From: an uncultured Leptolinea sp.
Lineage (GTDB): Bacteria; Chloroflexota; Anaerolineae; Anaerolineales; Anaerolineaceae
DNA length: 64,000 nt
Direction: 5' to 3'
NCBI GenBank assembly: GCA_964387025.1
Contig: CAYLUZ010000003.1
Location: 261,828-325,827, forward strand
Below, in pieces: positions 26,987 to 35,840 of the stretch. The notes beneath the pieces are model-generated. The model saw only the letters and a program-made list of their open reading frames with translations. It was not told the DNA's origin and ran no database searches. A program made the position numbers and the translations under genes. The first letter of the stretch is position 1; the number at the start of each line of letters is the position of its first letter.

Positions 26987-28369
26987 TTATGCTTCCAGAT
27001 TGATTCCAACGAGGTCTGATTTGTAATTTAATGAACTTTCATGACCTGTGTTGAGCAATTTCTTCTCGGTTTCCACCTGACTTACTTTGGTTTCATAACC
27101 GAGATGCATGAGTTCTTCCCGCAGGCTCGGCAATTCACTTCTGGCTATATTTGTAAGCTGTGAATTGGAGGTTGATATGGATAATCCTGCATCATGGTCA
27201 ACAACTGAGAAATCCACTTCGATGACATCCCCTTTATCAATATCCATGCGGATCACCAGGCGGGTATAGCGGGGGTCAATGCTAATTGCATCTTCATCCG
27301 GATTACGGGCAATGCGGATACTTGCCGACGGTTGATCTTCAGGGTTTTTAATAAGCTGCGGTGGAGTCATCGGAAAAGTTACCGGGAATTCCATCCTGAT
27401 CCACTGATTTGAAGCAGACTCAGAGGTGGCAGAGGAGTGATAGAGATGCATCAACCTGATGGAATCATTAAATTGATCAATACCTCCTGAAAGTGAGGTC
27501 ATTCCGTGAGAGGCTAGCTCATTCCGTAATCTGGAGAGAACCATCAACCCGCGTTCCAGATTATTTGCCGAGATATTTTTAAAGGGACTACTAATTGTCT
27601 CAAACAGCTCATTTTCCACTGACTTTCCAAGCAGGATGATGGCATTTTGAAGTTTTGTAGTTAAGACTTCCGCTGGTAAACTTGCATCCATGACTGCCTG
27701 ACTTAAGATCTGGAGGGAGGTTTTAGCAAGATCGATTAGCGTTGGTGGCAACCGTCTATCGGAAAGGGCTTGTGTTAGCTGTTGAATGATCTTCAGAACC
27801 TGTCCGCTAACATCCTTTTGGGCATTGAGCATTAAATTAATCGATTCAGGAGTGATGATTATTCCATGCGACTTTAATGTAGCTGCCGCAGTGGCGTGAT
27901 CTTTACCCCAATTGGGGATGTTTCTCAAAGAACTTTTCAAATCATCAACCAGATTGGCTGTGATCGTTAATCCATTGCGGATGGCCGCCTGTGCGATCAA
28001 TTGATTTGACAAATTATCTTCTATCCCGGCCTGGACGAGTAATTTTGATAGAAGCCTGGTGTTATTTGTAGATAGTGTTAACTGGTTAACTGAAGGTTTC
28101 GTTTCCGCCAATTGTAATGTGAGGACATCATTACTCATGTCCTTCACAATAAACTGGGCAAAACGTTTTTCTATGAGGCTTGCAGTCTGTTCTGGGGTGA
28201 TCATCCGTGCCACCAGTTGAACTCCCTGGATTGATAGGATCACCTGCTCATTTTCAACTTTGATAACTTCTCCGGCAATATGCTGGTTTACCTTTAAAAA
28301 CAAAGTGGATTCACTCTGATTTTGGAGTGAACTTTGGGTTACTGCCGGTAAATTCGTAAGGTTAAGCAT
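26987..28369 (-). CDS. Hypothetical protein with a FliK-like (Flg_hook-like) C-terminal domain
   Basis: 460 aa. The C-terminal 'LVIRMDIDKGDVIEVDFSVVDHDAGLSISTSNSQLTNIARSELPSLREELMHLGY' has the same pattern as the FliK C-terminus in this window ('IRIQLHPEDLGQIELRITSSSQGTHVSLIADQ...LKQTLSDAGV'). Sits immediately upstream of the FlhBc paralogue. Confidence 0.4.
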   Translation of the reverse strand: MLNLTNLPAVTQSSLQNQSESTLFLKVNQHIAGEVIKVENEQVILSIQGVQLVARMITPEQTASLIEKRFAQFIVKDMSNDVLTLQLAETKPSVNQLTLSTNNTRLLSKLLVQAGIEDNLSNQLIAQAAIRNGLTITANLVDDLKSSLRNIPNWGKDHATAAATLKSHGIIITPESINLMLNAQKDVSGQVLKIIQQLTQALSDRRLPPTLIDLAKTSLQILSQAVMDASLPAEVLTTKLQNAIILLGKSVENELFETISSPFKNISANNLERGLMVLSRLRNELASHGMTSLSGGIDQFNDSIRLMHLYHSSATSESASNQWIRMEFPVTFPMTPPQLIKNPEDQPSASIRIARNPDEDAISIDPRYTRLVIRMDIDKGDVIEVDFSVVDHDAGLSISTSNSQLTNIARSELPSLREELMHLGYETKVSQVETEKKLLNTGHESSLNYKSDLVGINLEA

Positions 28370-28382
28370 GGAGTTGTTGGAA

Positions 28383-28418
28383 ATCAGGCGGCTGGTAATC
28401 CTTTACCAGCCGCCTGAT
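28383..28418 (-). terminator. Perfect 16-bp inverted repeat between flgE and the FliK-like gene (attenuator, processing or stabiliser hairpin)
   Basis: ATCAGGCGGCTGGTAA-tcct-TTACCAGCCGCCTGAT, 10 nt after the flgE stop. The downstream U-tract on the - strand is weak (TTTCC). Confidence 0.5.
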
Positions 28419-28427
28419 CATCTACTC

Positions 28428-29684
28428 TTAGCGTTTAAGGTTTACAAGTTCCTGAAGGATTTCATCAGAAGTGGTGATCACTCTGGTTGAGGCTTGGAAA
28501 CCACGTTGTGCCAGGATCATACTTGTAAATTCCTGAGCCATATCCACGTTGCTGGCCTCGAGGTAACCACTGGAGATCCAACCACGGCCGCCACCACCTG
28601 CTGAACCAATCTGGGCATCACCTGAGTTTAATCCGGCTTTAAAAAGGTTCTGTCCTGCCCTCAGCAAACCTGTGGGGTTTGTGAAATGAGATAATGCAAG
28701 CTGTCCAACCAATTGTTTTAACCCATTGGAATAAACCAGGTAAATTTCACCGGTATTGGGGGCACCATAAATATCTGTTACAGTTCCAGCAGATAGACCA
28801 TCTTGACTGCGGGCAGAAGCTCCATTGGCTGCATCAAACATGGTCATCTTTTCAAGATTGAGGTTGGATGCATTTACCATATCAATATCCGCTGCACCTG
28901 TGCTGCCTGGAATATGAATGAGGTCACCTGCGTTAATTGTTGAGCCTTGGTAATGACCCTGGTTATCAAAAGTTAATGTTCCAGAACCAGTAATACCTAA
29001 TAGATCTGGATCCTGCAAAGCCCATGTCCATGCATTATTACCTGTTCTTGCAAACTGAACCGTAACTGTATGGAGACTTCCCAGGGAATCATAGACGCCA
29101 AAAGTTGAGTCTACTGTATTGCCTGCTGCAGGAGCGACCGGCGTGGTGGAACTCAGATTGCCGCCAAATTGAACGTTTTGTGTTGCCTGTGCCAGGGTTG
29201 CTTCTAGGGCTACCTGCATATCACCAACAGGCTGGTTCGTATCGACTATCAATCCATTCGGTGGAACTGTCCATCCCTGTATACGCATACCGGTAGAGTT
29301 GTTGACCAGGAAACCTGTGGCGTCAATTTCCAGGGATCCTTCCCTTGAAAAACGCTGCTCATCTCCCGCAGCATATATGAAGAAACCATCGCCCTGGATT
29401 GCCAAGTCAGTACTGCGTCCGGTGCTTTGCAGCATACCCTGGGTAAAAACCGGGGAGACATAACCTAATTTCACACCCAAACCAACCTGGGTAGGGTTGA
29501 TACCACCTGTGGTTGCGGATGGTGCAGAGCCAGAGCTCATGATCTGCGCAAATTGATCTTGAAAGACTACCCGGCTGGACTTATAACCGGTTGTGTTTGT
29601 ATTAGCCAGGTTATCTGCAATAACATCCAAATATGTCTGATGAAGATTTAAGGAACTGATTGCTGTAAACATTGAGCGTATCAT
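28428..29684 (-). CDS. flgE: Flagellar hook protein FlgE
   Basis: 'MIRSMFTAISSLNLHQTYLDVIADNLANTNTTGYK', 'DLAIQGDGFF', C-terminal 'GYLEASNVDMAQEFTSMILAQRGFQA'. Confidence 0.9.
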   Translation of the reverse strand: MIRSMFTAISSLNLHQTYLDVIADNLANTNTTGYKSSRVVFQDQFAQIMSSGSAPSATTGGINPTQVGLGVKLGYVSPVFTQGMLQSTGRSTDLAIQGDGFFIYAAGDEQRFSREGSLEIDATGFLVNNSTGMRIQGWTVPPNGLIVDTNQPVGDMQVALEATLAQATQNVQFGGNLSSTTPVAPAAGNTVDSTFGVYDSLGSLHTVTVQFARTGNNAWTWALQDPDLLGITGSGTLTFDNQGHYQGSTINAGDLIHIPGSTGAADIDMVNASNLNLEKMTMFDAANGASARSQDGLSAGTVTDIYGAPNTGEIYLVYSNGLKQLVGQLALSHFTNPTGLLRAGQNLFKAGLNSGDAQIGSAGGGGRGWISSGYLEASNVDMAQEFTSMILAQRGFQASTRVITTSDEILQELVNLKR

Positions 29685-29759
29685 TATAAACTCTCCTAGA
29701 GGTTGATCTCACAGGCTTCCTCCAAGAGGGCCGGCCTGTAAGGATAATTGTTTTAGGTA

Positions 29760-30179
29760 CTATATATTATTGTTATCGGCAGATTCTTCTGATGTAGAAG
29801 GATCTGCAAATACAACGCTATCAATTTTTGTGAATACACCTTCTCCGCGGTTGTCAGAATCCATGGCGGTAATAACCAATCTATCTTTAATATTTACGAT
29901 GAAAGCCAGGTTATCCATCATCACCAGCGATTCTTTCCCGCCGCGCTTGTCCGCTTTTTCAACGGCACTTGCCAGACGGGCAATTCCATCATCTGATAGA
30001 GTGATATCCCTTATCTCCATACGTTTTTGAGCGTGATTGGAAAATCGCAAATTCTGAACTTGCGCGAGGGTATCCGCAAAATCTGATCCCGCAGCCTTTG
30101 TAGTTTTCGGTTGGTTACCGTTCTGGCTTTGGACCGGTTTTATGGGTTGAGCAGGATTAAACCTGATTGGGTCGACCAT
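29760..30179 (-). CDS. Flagellar operon protein of the family found between flgD and flgE (TIGR02530-like)
   Basis: 139 aa. 'LRFSNHAQKRMEIRDITLS...' and the position between flgD and flgE match my recollection of that family. Not verifiable here. Confidence 0.5.
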   Translation of the reverse strand: MVDPIRFNPAQPIKPVQSQNGNQPKTTKAAGSDFADTLAQVQNLRFSNHAQKRMEIRDITLSDDGIARLASAVEKADKRGGKESLVMMDNLAFIVNIKDRLVITAMDSDNRGEGVFTKIDSVVFADPSTSEESADNNNI

Positions 30180-30180
30180 A

Positions 30181-30606
30181 TTAAGCTTCCTTTACCTCTG
30201 TAACAGATGATAGTAAAGCGGTTTTGTCACCGATGGTAAGGATACAATCCCCGTCGATGATTTCCATTGCGGTTACCTGACCTTCAACAGGCTCTTCGCC
30301 AGTTTTATAGGTCTTCACCTGTTTTCCGATCAGAGAAGCAGCATAACTGGTTTGGGATGCTGCAGCCAGGGTCTTCAATTGGGCAGAGATCGCCTGTAAT
30401 TCATGTAATGAATTAAGTTGGGTCACCTGTCCCATCAGAGCCTTGTCATCCATCGGTTCCATCGGATTTTGGTTTTTTAATTGCGCTACCAGCATTACCA
30501 TAAAATCACTTTCGTCCAAACTGTTGCTGCCGGTTGAAGAAGCTGTCGCAGTCTGTATGGCAGAAGCCGTTTGCGCCATCACTTGAGATATTGGGGTTAT
30601 TGACAT
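30181..30606 (-). CDS. flgD: Hook capping/assembly protein FlgD
   Basis: 'DFMVMLVAQLKNQNPMEPMD' is the FlgD N-terminal signature. Followed by a beta-rich C-terminal domain. Confidence 0.85.
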   Translation of the reverse strand: MSITPISQVMAQTASAIQTATASSTGSNSLDESDFMVMLVAQLKNQNPMEPMDDKALMGQVTQLNSLHELQAISAQLKTLAAASQTSYAASLIGKQVKTYKTGEEPVEGQVTAMEIIDGDCILTIGDKTALLSSVTEVKEA

Positions 30607-30622
30607 TTGAATTCCTCGATTC

Positions 30623-32218
30623 CTAAATTCTATAATCCACTAGGGAATTATTTGGATGTGATTGGGTGGATACAATATCGTTTATACCCATACTGTTTTT
30701 ATTATCATAATTGGTGCTTTGTCTTGGTGAGCTCTGATTGGATTGCGGATCGCGGAAAGATTGCTGCGGAGCCTGCTGCCCAACATGTACGTCTGCCATC
30801 TGTACACCTGCATCAGATAAGGTCTGTTTCAGTTGGGCAATATGGGTTTCGAGCAATTTGCCTGTTACTGCCTGGTCTGCTATGAGAGACACATGGGTAC
30901 CCTGCGATGAGGAGGTAATGCGTAACTCTATCTGGCCCAGGTCTTCGGGGTGAAGTTGAATGCGAATGGTTTGCGAACCGGAATTAGGTGAGCCTGCAAT
31001 CTGACGACTGATCTGTCTCAAGATTTCTGTTGATTGAGCTTCCGCCAGGCGGGCCGGCTCATTGATTTTTCCGGTGAACGGATCTGCCTTCATCCGATCT
31101 GTCACCACTCCAGGTGTTGATGCGGGAGGCGCTTTATCAGGTGAGTCGGGCGGTGTCTCAGGGACTAGTTTTCTTTCAGCTTTATCAGTGTTATTAGTGC
31201 CTTTAACCTCAGCCACTGCTTTTACATCTTCTACCCGATTTTTATTTACAGTAGACACACCAACTGGCTGAACTTCGGTTTTGGAGGGCATCTTACCTTT
31301 GTTATCTGGATCCTGATCAACATTGGTTGACGTAATAAAGCCTTTTTCTTTTGCCACGCTTGATGGTACCGGGTTTGAAGTATTTTCACCATCGATCATT
31401 GTCGAAACAAGATCAACAGATTCTGTTATTTCGTTCTGGTTCCCTATTGATCCTTCAGCTGTCTCATTTACGAGTGGTGCAACAGAAGCTTTACCCTGAT
31501 CTCCAATTGTTGAATTTTGAGATGTTGAAAGAGATTGTGACAGTTTTTCAAAACGGGAGTCTTGTTTTGAGGGAGATATGGACAGTTCGTTTCCTTGAGG
31601 CTGTAATGATTGATCGAGACCTTTAACCTCCTTTGTGTCCTTACCTGCCACTTTTTCTACTGGATCTGTGTGAAGTTTGGAAGGTATTTTTTCTGTTCCG
31701 AAAGCATTCATTACCCGTTCACCTGGTAAAGAACTTATGGCAGACTGGATCTGTTGTGACGTTGGTCCACCGGGAGTTATTGACCCGCTTTCACTTTCTC
31801 CCATCTGATCCTCTTTAGTTTCAGATGTCGCCTCCAGTTTAGTTTGGTCAACTGGAGTAGAGTTTAAAATGAGAATTGGAACTTCCTGGGTTGGAACCTT
31901 CGTTGGAGCCATTTGACAGTTCAATTGTGGTTGGGCATTTTCAATAACCCTGTTTGTCTGTTTATTTTCCTCATCTATTTTTTCAGAATTTTTATCTTCT
32001 CTTGTAGTTTTCACCTCCGACTCAATATTATTTTGGGGTTGAATTTTCACCGCATGATCATTCTGCAATATTCCATCATCTGCTTGCGAAATTTCGCTGG
32101 TTTTCTGTTGAAGGATTTGCTCAAAATCCCCAGATTTTTCCGGCTTGATAAATGATTTTGCCGATTTGACCGATGGCGGTGAGGTCGTTATGATCGGTAT
32201 GTTCATTGGTACTGTCAT
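30623..32218 (-). CDS. fliK: Hook-length control protein FliK
   Basis: 531 aa with a long low-complexity Ser/Thr/Pro/Gln-rich ruler region and a C-terminal Flg_hook-type block 'IRIQLHPEDLGQIELRI...VSLIADQ'. Position upstream of flgD. Confidence 0.7.
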   Translation of the reverse strand: MTVPMNIPIITTSPPSVKSAKSFIKPEKSGDFEQILQQKTSEISQADDGILQNDHAVKIQPQNNIESEVKTTREDKNSEKIDEENKQTNRVIENAQPQLNCQMAPTKVPTQEVPILILNSTPVDQTKLEATSETKEDQMGESESGSITPGGPTSQQIQSAISSLPGERVMNAFGTEKIPSKLHTDPVEKVAGKDTKEVKGLDQSLQPQGNELSISPSKQDSRFEKLSQSLSTSQNSTIGDQGKASVAPLVNETAEGSIGNQNEITESVDLVSTMIDGENTSNPVPSSVAKEKGFITSTNVDQDPDNKGKMPSKTEVQPVGVSTVNKNRVEDVKAVAEVKGTNNTDKAERKLVPETPPDSPDKAPPASTPGVVTDRMKADPFTGKINEPARLAEAQSTEILRQISRQIAGSPNSGSQTIRIQLHPEDLGQIELRITSSSQGTHVSLIADQAVTGKLLETHIAQLKQTLSDAGVQMADVHVGQQAPQQSFRDPQSNQSSPRQSTNYDNKNSMGINDIVSTQSHPNNSLVDYRI

Positions 32219-32220
32219 CC

Positions 32221-32622
32221 TTACCTCGACATGGCGATAGTTTTCAGAAGAGCCAGCTTTTTGCTGATCTCCTGGCTGACAGCCTGGTATTGAATTCCAG
32301 TCTCTGTCATTTCACTAAGCTCTACATCAATATCCACATTATTTTCATCTGCTCTTGCCGTACCTCCAGGACGGTCTTTTGTTTGGTAAAAAGGATGTGA
32401 CCCGGATAAGGCCATATGACCGGGGTTGGACACAGCAAGTTGAACCTGCCCATTGTTTTTCATTGCTCTTTGAATAGCTGACTCAAAACTGACTTCCTGG
32501 GCACGATAACCTGGTGTATCAATGTTGGCGATATTATTGCTGATCAATTGCTGGCGTTTGGAAAGGCCATCCAGCGCCAATTTTGCTGCCTTGATCGAAT
32601 TATCAGAAAATAGACCACTCAT
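32221..32622 (-). CDS. flgB: Proximal rod protein FlgB (displaced from flgC)
   Basis: 'LDGLSKRQQLISNNIANIDTPGYRAQEVSFE' and C-terminal 'ELSEMTETGIQYQAVSQEISKKL'. Confidence 0.8.
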   Translation of the reverse strand: MSGLFSDNSIKAAKLALDGLSKRQQLISNNIANIDTPGYRAQEVSFESAIQRAMKNNGQVQLAVSNPGHMALSGSHPFYQTKDRPGGTARADENNVDIDVELSEMTETGIQYQAVSQEISKKLALLKTIAMSR

Positions 32623-32623
32623 A

Positions 32624-33172
32624 TCACACGCTCCAATCGTTTCCGGCTGAATAAATATCCATTACACGCTCTACATAGACTTTTGTCTCCCGGTAGGGTG
32701 GTATTCCACCATATTTATCTACAGCTCCCGGACCAGCATTATAAGCAGCAAGAGCAAGCCGGGTATTCCCATCATAGCGATCCAACAATTGCGAGAGAAG
32801 CCGAACTCCGCCATCAATATTCTGTGCAGGATCCAGTGAGTTTTTAACACCTAATCCCTTGGCTGTGCCTGGCATCAGCTGCATTAATCCCTGTGCACCA
32901 GCTCTTGAAACAGCATCGGGATCAAAATTTGATTCAGCTTTAATAACCGCATTTACTAAACCCGCATTGACGCTATACTTTTTAGCGGCTTTGTTGATCA
33001 GATCGGAGAATGATCCGCCAGAGATGGATGAGCCGTTTGTACCACCTTCATAGCGACGCAAAACACTTTGGTCATCACTGGTTTGGGATGAAGAAACCTG
33101 TCTCTCAAGAAGTTTTAAGAGCAGGTCAACCATAATTGTTTGGATCTGAGAATTCATGTTATTGCCGATCAT
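32624..33172 (-). CDS. SLT-domain lytic transglycosylase inside the flagellar operon
   Basis: '[30 protein letters not shown]' and '[12 protein letters not shown]' are goose-type/SLT catalytic blocks (Glu in 'AES'). Confidence 0.8.
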   Translation of the reverse strand: MIGNNMNSQIQTIMVDLLLKLLERQVSSSQTSDDQSVLRRYEGGTNGSSISGGSFSDLINKAAKKYSVNAGLVNAVIKAESNFDPDAVSRAGAQGLMQLMPGTAKGLGVKNSLDPAQNIDGGVRLLSQLLDRYDGNTRLALAAYNAGPGAVDKYGGIPPYRETKVYVERVMDIYSAGNDWSV

Positions 33173-33174
33173 AT

Positions 33175-33627
33175 TTACACCTCTGTATGTTGGCGCCTAA
33201 ATCCCTGTGAAATATAAATGTCATCTTGAAACCGGCGTTCTTTATCTTTCTCTTCTTCTGCAAATCGGTCAGATTCTTTATTCTTCAATATATTCAAAGA
33301 CTCTTCCGATTTTTTTGCTTCCACTACTTCAATTCGTTTTTGTTCGATGGCCTTTTCAACGACCAGGATCGACTGTTGAACCTGTTGGATCTGGAGTGCT
33401 AAATTGTTGCAATTATTCCGAAGATGACTAATAAGGAATAGATCCATATCTCCATGCATATGTTCATGCAGCTTCTCGTAAAGTGTATCCATTGCTGTAG
33501 CAAGAGCTTCACATAAGGCAACCTTCTGGTGCCTTTCCTGGTTTAATCTACCTAGCTCAATTTCCAGTAATTCAACTTTACTATGGCGAACATCAAGAAC
33601 AGTTTGAAGAGAGAATTTTGGCGGCAT
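33175..33627 (-). CDS. fliJ: Flagellar export chaperone-like protein FliJ
   Basis: 150-aa coiled-coil protein, '[24 protein letters not shown]', immediately downstream of fliI. Confidence 0.6.
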   Translation of the reverse strand: MPPKFSLQTVLDVRHSKVELLEIELGRLNQERHQKVALCEALATAMDTLYEKLHEHMHGDMDLFLISHLRNNCNNLALQIQQVQQSILVVEKAIEQKRIEVVEAKKSEESLNILKNKESDRFAEEEKDKERRFQDDIYISQGFRRQHTEV

Positions 33628-33635
33628 TTTTTACC

Positions 33636-34955
33636 TCAATTTTGAGAAACCTGCAATTGGTTTAATGTATCTTCAAATGGTGATACTTCTTTGTTCTCTT
33701 GTTGTAAAAATGCAGTGAGAGCCGGCAAAACCTGTAAGGCCTGGTCTATTTCAGGGTCGGACCCACTGACATACGCACCAATATTTACCAGGTCACGGGC
33801 TTTTTCAAAAGTTGCAAGGTGTTTTCTGGCATTTGCGGCCAGTTGGATGTGCTCCCGGCTGGTGACAGCTGGCATAACTCGGCTGACGCTGTTCAACACA
33901 TCGATAGCCGGGTAGTGGTTTCTGGCAGCTAAAGTTCGGCTGAGGATGATATGACCATCGAGAATACCACGAGCGGCATCACAGATCGGTTCATTGAAAT
34001 CATCTCCTTCAACCAGGACAGTGAAGAATCCAGTTATTGTACCCTTATCACTTGCACCGGCTCTTTCGAGTAACCTGGGCAATAATGCAAAGACCGATGG
34101 TGTGTATCCTTTACTGGCGGGGGGTTCGCCTATTGCCAATCCAATTTCACGTTGTGCCATTGCAAAACGGGTTACTGAGTCCATCAGAAATGTGACATCC
34201 ATTCCATTATCGCGAAAGTTCTCAGCGATGGTCATGGCTACAAAGGCTGCCTTTAGGCGCACCAGTGCAGGTTGATCAGAAGTTGAAACCACGACAACCG
34301 ATCGGGCGAGACCTTCAGGTCCAAGATCGCGCTCTAAAAATTCACGGACTTCACGGCCACGCTCACCTACCAATGCGATTACGCTTACATCTGATCTTGA
34401 ACTTCGAGCTATCGTACCCATTAAGGTGCTTTTACCTACACCTGAACCAGCGAAGATACCCATACGCTGGCCTTTACCACAAGTGAGCATCCCGTCAATG
34501 ACCCGTACACCTGTCACTAAAGGATCTGTGATTGGTGGCCGTGAGAGGGGAGGGGGAGGGTTATTATTCGTTGAGACACGTTCAATCCCTTCCAGGGAAG
34601 GACCATCGTCAATTGGTTGTCCCAATCCATCAAGAACCCGCCCTAGTAGGGGCATTCCAACAGGAGTGCGAAAGTTCTTATAGATAGGATAGACCGAACT
34701 ACCAGGTTGAATGCCTTGCATATCACCTAAAGGCATAAGAAGGACACGATCCTCTTGAAAACCGACCACCTCAGAAAGAAGCGATTCATGTGCTGTACGA
34801 ATTTCACAAACTTCACCAATCTGGCAATCGAGACCGATCGCCTGGATGGTCAATCCAAGCACCTGGTTGACCCTTCCAGAGGTTTTAGTTGTATTAAGCC
34901 TGGATAGGGCTTGTGAAAATCGAGTTAGATCGGGCAATGTTACCGCCATATTCAT
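33636..34955 (-). CDS. fliI: Flagellum-specific ATPase FliI
   Basis: Walker A 'GIFAGSGVGKSTL', Walker B 'VTFLMDSVTRFA', 'PPASKGYTPSVF', 'GSITGFFTVLVEGDD'-like block. Confidence 0.95.
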   Translation of the reverse strand: MNMAVTLPDLTRFSQALSRLNTTKTSGRVNQVLGLTIQAIGLDCQIGEVCEIRTAHESLLSEVVGFQEDRVLLMPLGDMQGIQPGSSVYPIYKNFRTPVGMPLLGRVLDGLGQPIDDGPSLEGIERVSTNNNPPPPLSRPPITDPLVTGVRVIDGMLTCGKGQRMGIFAGSGVGKSTLMGTIARSSRSDVSVIALVGERGREVREFLERDLGPEGLARSVVVVSTSDQPALVRLKAAFVAMTIAENFRDNGMDVTFLMDSVTRFAMAQREIGLAIGEPPASKGYTPSVFALLPRLLERAGASDKGTITGFFTVLVEGDDFNEPICDAARGILDGHIILSRTLAARNHYPAIDVLNSVSRVMPAVTSREHIQLAANARKHLATFEKARDLVNIGAYVSGSDPEIDQALQVLPALTAFLQQENKEVSPFEDTLNQLQVSQN

Positions 34956-34958
34956 AGG

Positions 34959-35840
34959 TTAGCTTTCCACAACACTGGCTTCACTGTCAATAGTGTCCAG
35001 GATTACTTTAAGTTGTGTTTCGATTCTGCCATCCGCGGAACCCCATTGTCCATTTACGTAACATCCGCCGCGGGCAATGGATCCACTCGGAACGATCTCT
35101 ATGGTATGTGTTGTGATCGACTCCTGTAGTTCTCGCCAATATGGGCCTAGATTACTGGCATCTTCAGGATGTACATATATTCGCAAATTTCCAAGCGAAC
35201 GGGCATTTTCAAGGACCTTATTGAAGGTAGCTTGTAAGGTTTCTGAATCCAGGATATAACCCTCGCCAAACATTTTTTGAGCTATATGGCACACAAGATT
35301 CAATATCATCTGTTCGCTTTGAGACATTAAGTTATCACGCCAACCGGATATTTGCTGAACAAGTGTGCTGGCAGTATCCATATGGCTTTTTATCTCACCT
35401 ACAGCGCTGTTCCAACCATCCTGATATGCCTGTTCCTGTATCCCTTTTGCAGTCTTTTGGGCGATTATGATGATTTCTTCAGCTTCTCTTCTAGCATTGC
35501 TAATTAATTCTCGTGCGATATCATGAGGGGCAGTTGTCGTGGCGAACTTAAGCGATGGCTGCCAACCGGGTTTAATTTCGCTGACTGCTGGAATAGTGGA
35601 TGTAATATTAGCGGGTTGCCAATTGCTTGTTACAATATTTTGAGCTTCTTTGATCACTCTGGTTACAGAATCACTTTTTCCGTTAATGTGAACCAGTTTG
35701 GCAAATAGTGCAACAGGTTGCTTTCCTTTGTTCTCTAAGGCAGCATCTGGGTTGGATTCGAGGTTGTTTTGTAGAAAATCAACAGGAGTCCAAATTTGAG
35801 GTTTATTCCCTGACAGCCGGAGATTAGGCGATGACTTCAT
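34959..35840 (-). CDS. fliH: Flagellar assembly protein FliH
   Basis: Position between fliG and fliI, a central helical region, and a C-terminal 'IVPSGSIARGGCYVNGQWGSADGRIETQL' typical of FliH/YscL. ATG at 35840 follows GGAGGTG. Confidence 0.65.
   Translation of the reverse strand: MKSSPNLRLSGNKPQIWTPVDFLQNNLESNPDAALENKGKQPVALFAKLVHINGKSDSVTRVIKEAQNIVTSNWQPANITSTIPAVSEIKPGWQPSLKFATTTAPHDIARELISNARREAEEIIIIAQKTAKGIQEQAYQDGWNSAVGEIKSHMDTASTLVQQISGWRDNLMSQSEQMILNLVCHIAQKMFGEGYILDSETLQATFNKVLENARSLGNLRIYVHPEDASNLGPYWRELQESITTHTIEIVPSGSIARGGCYVNGQWGSADGRIETQLKVILDTIDSEASVVES

Noticed and set aside
30900-32100. The low-complexity Ser/Thr/Pro/Gln-rich region of the 531-aa protein, considered as a repeat-containing adhesin
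   Set aside because: No exact tandem DNA repeats are visible. The position upstream of flgD and the Flg_hook-type C-terminus fit the disordered ruler region of FliK.
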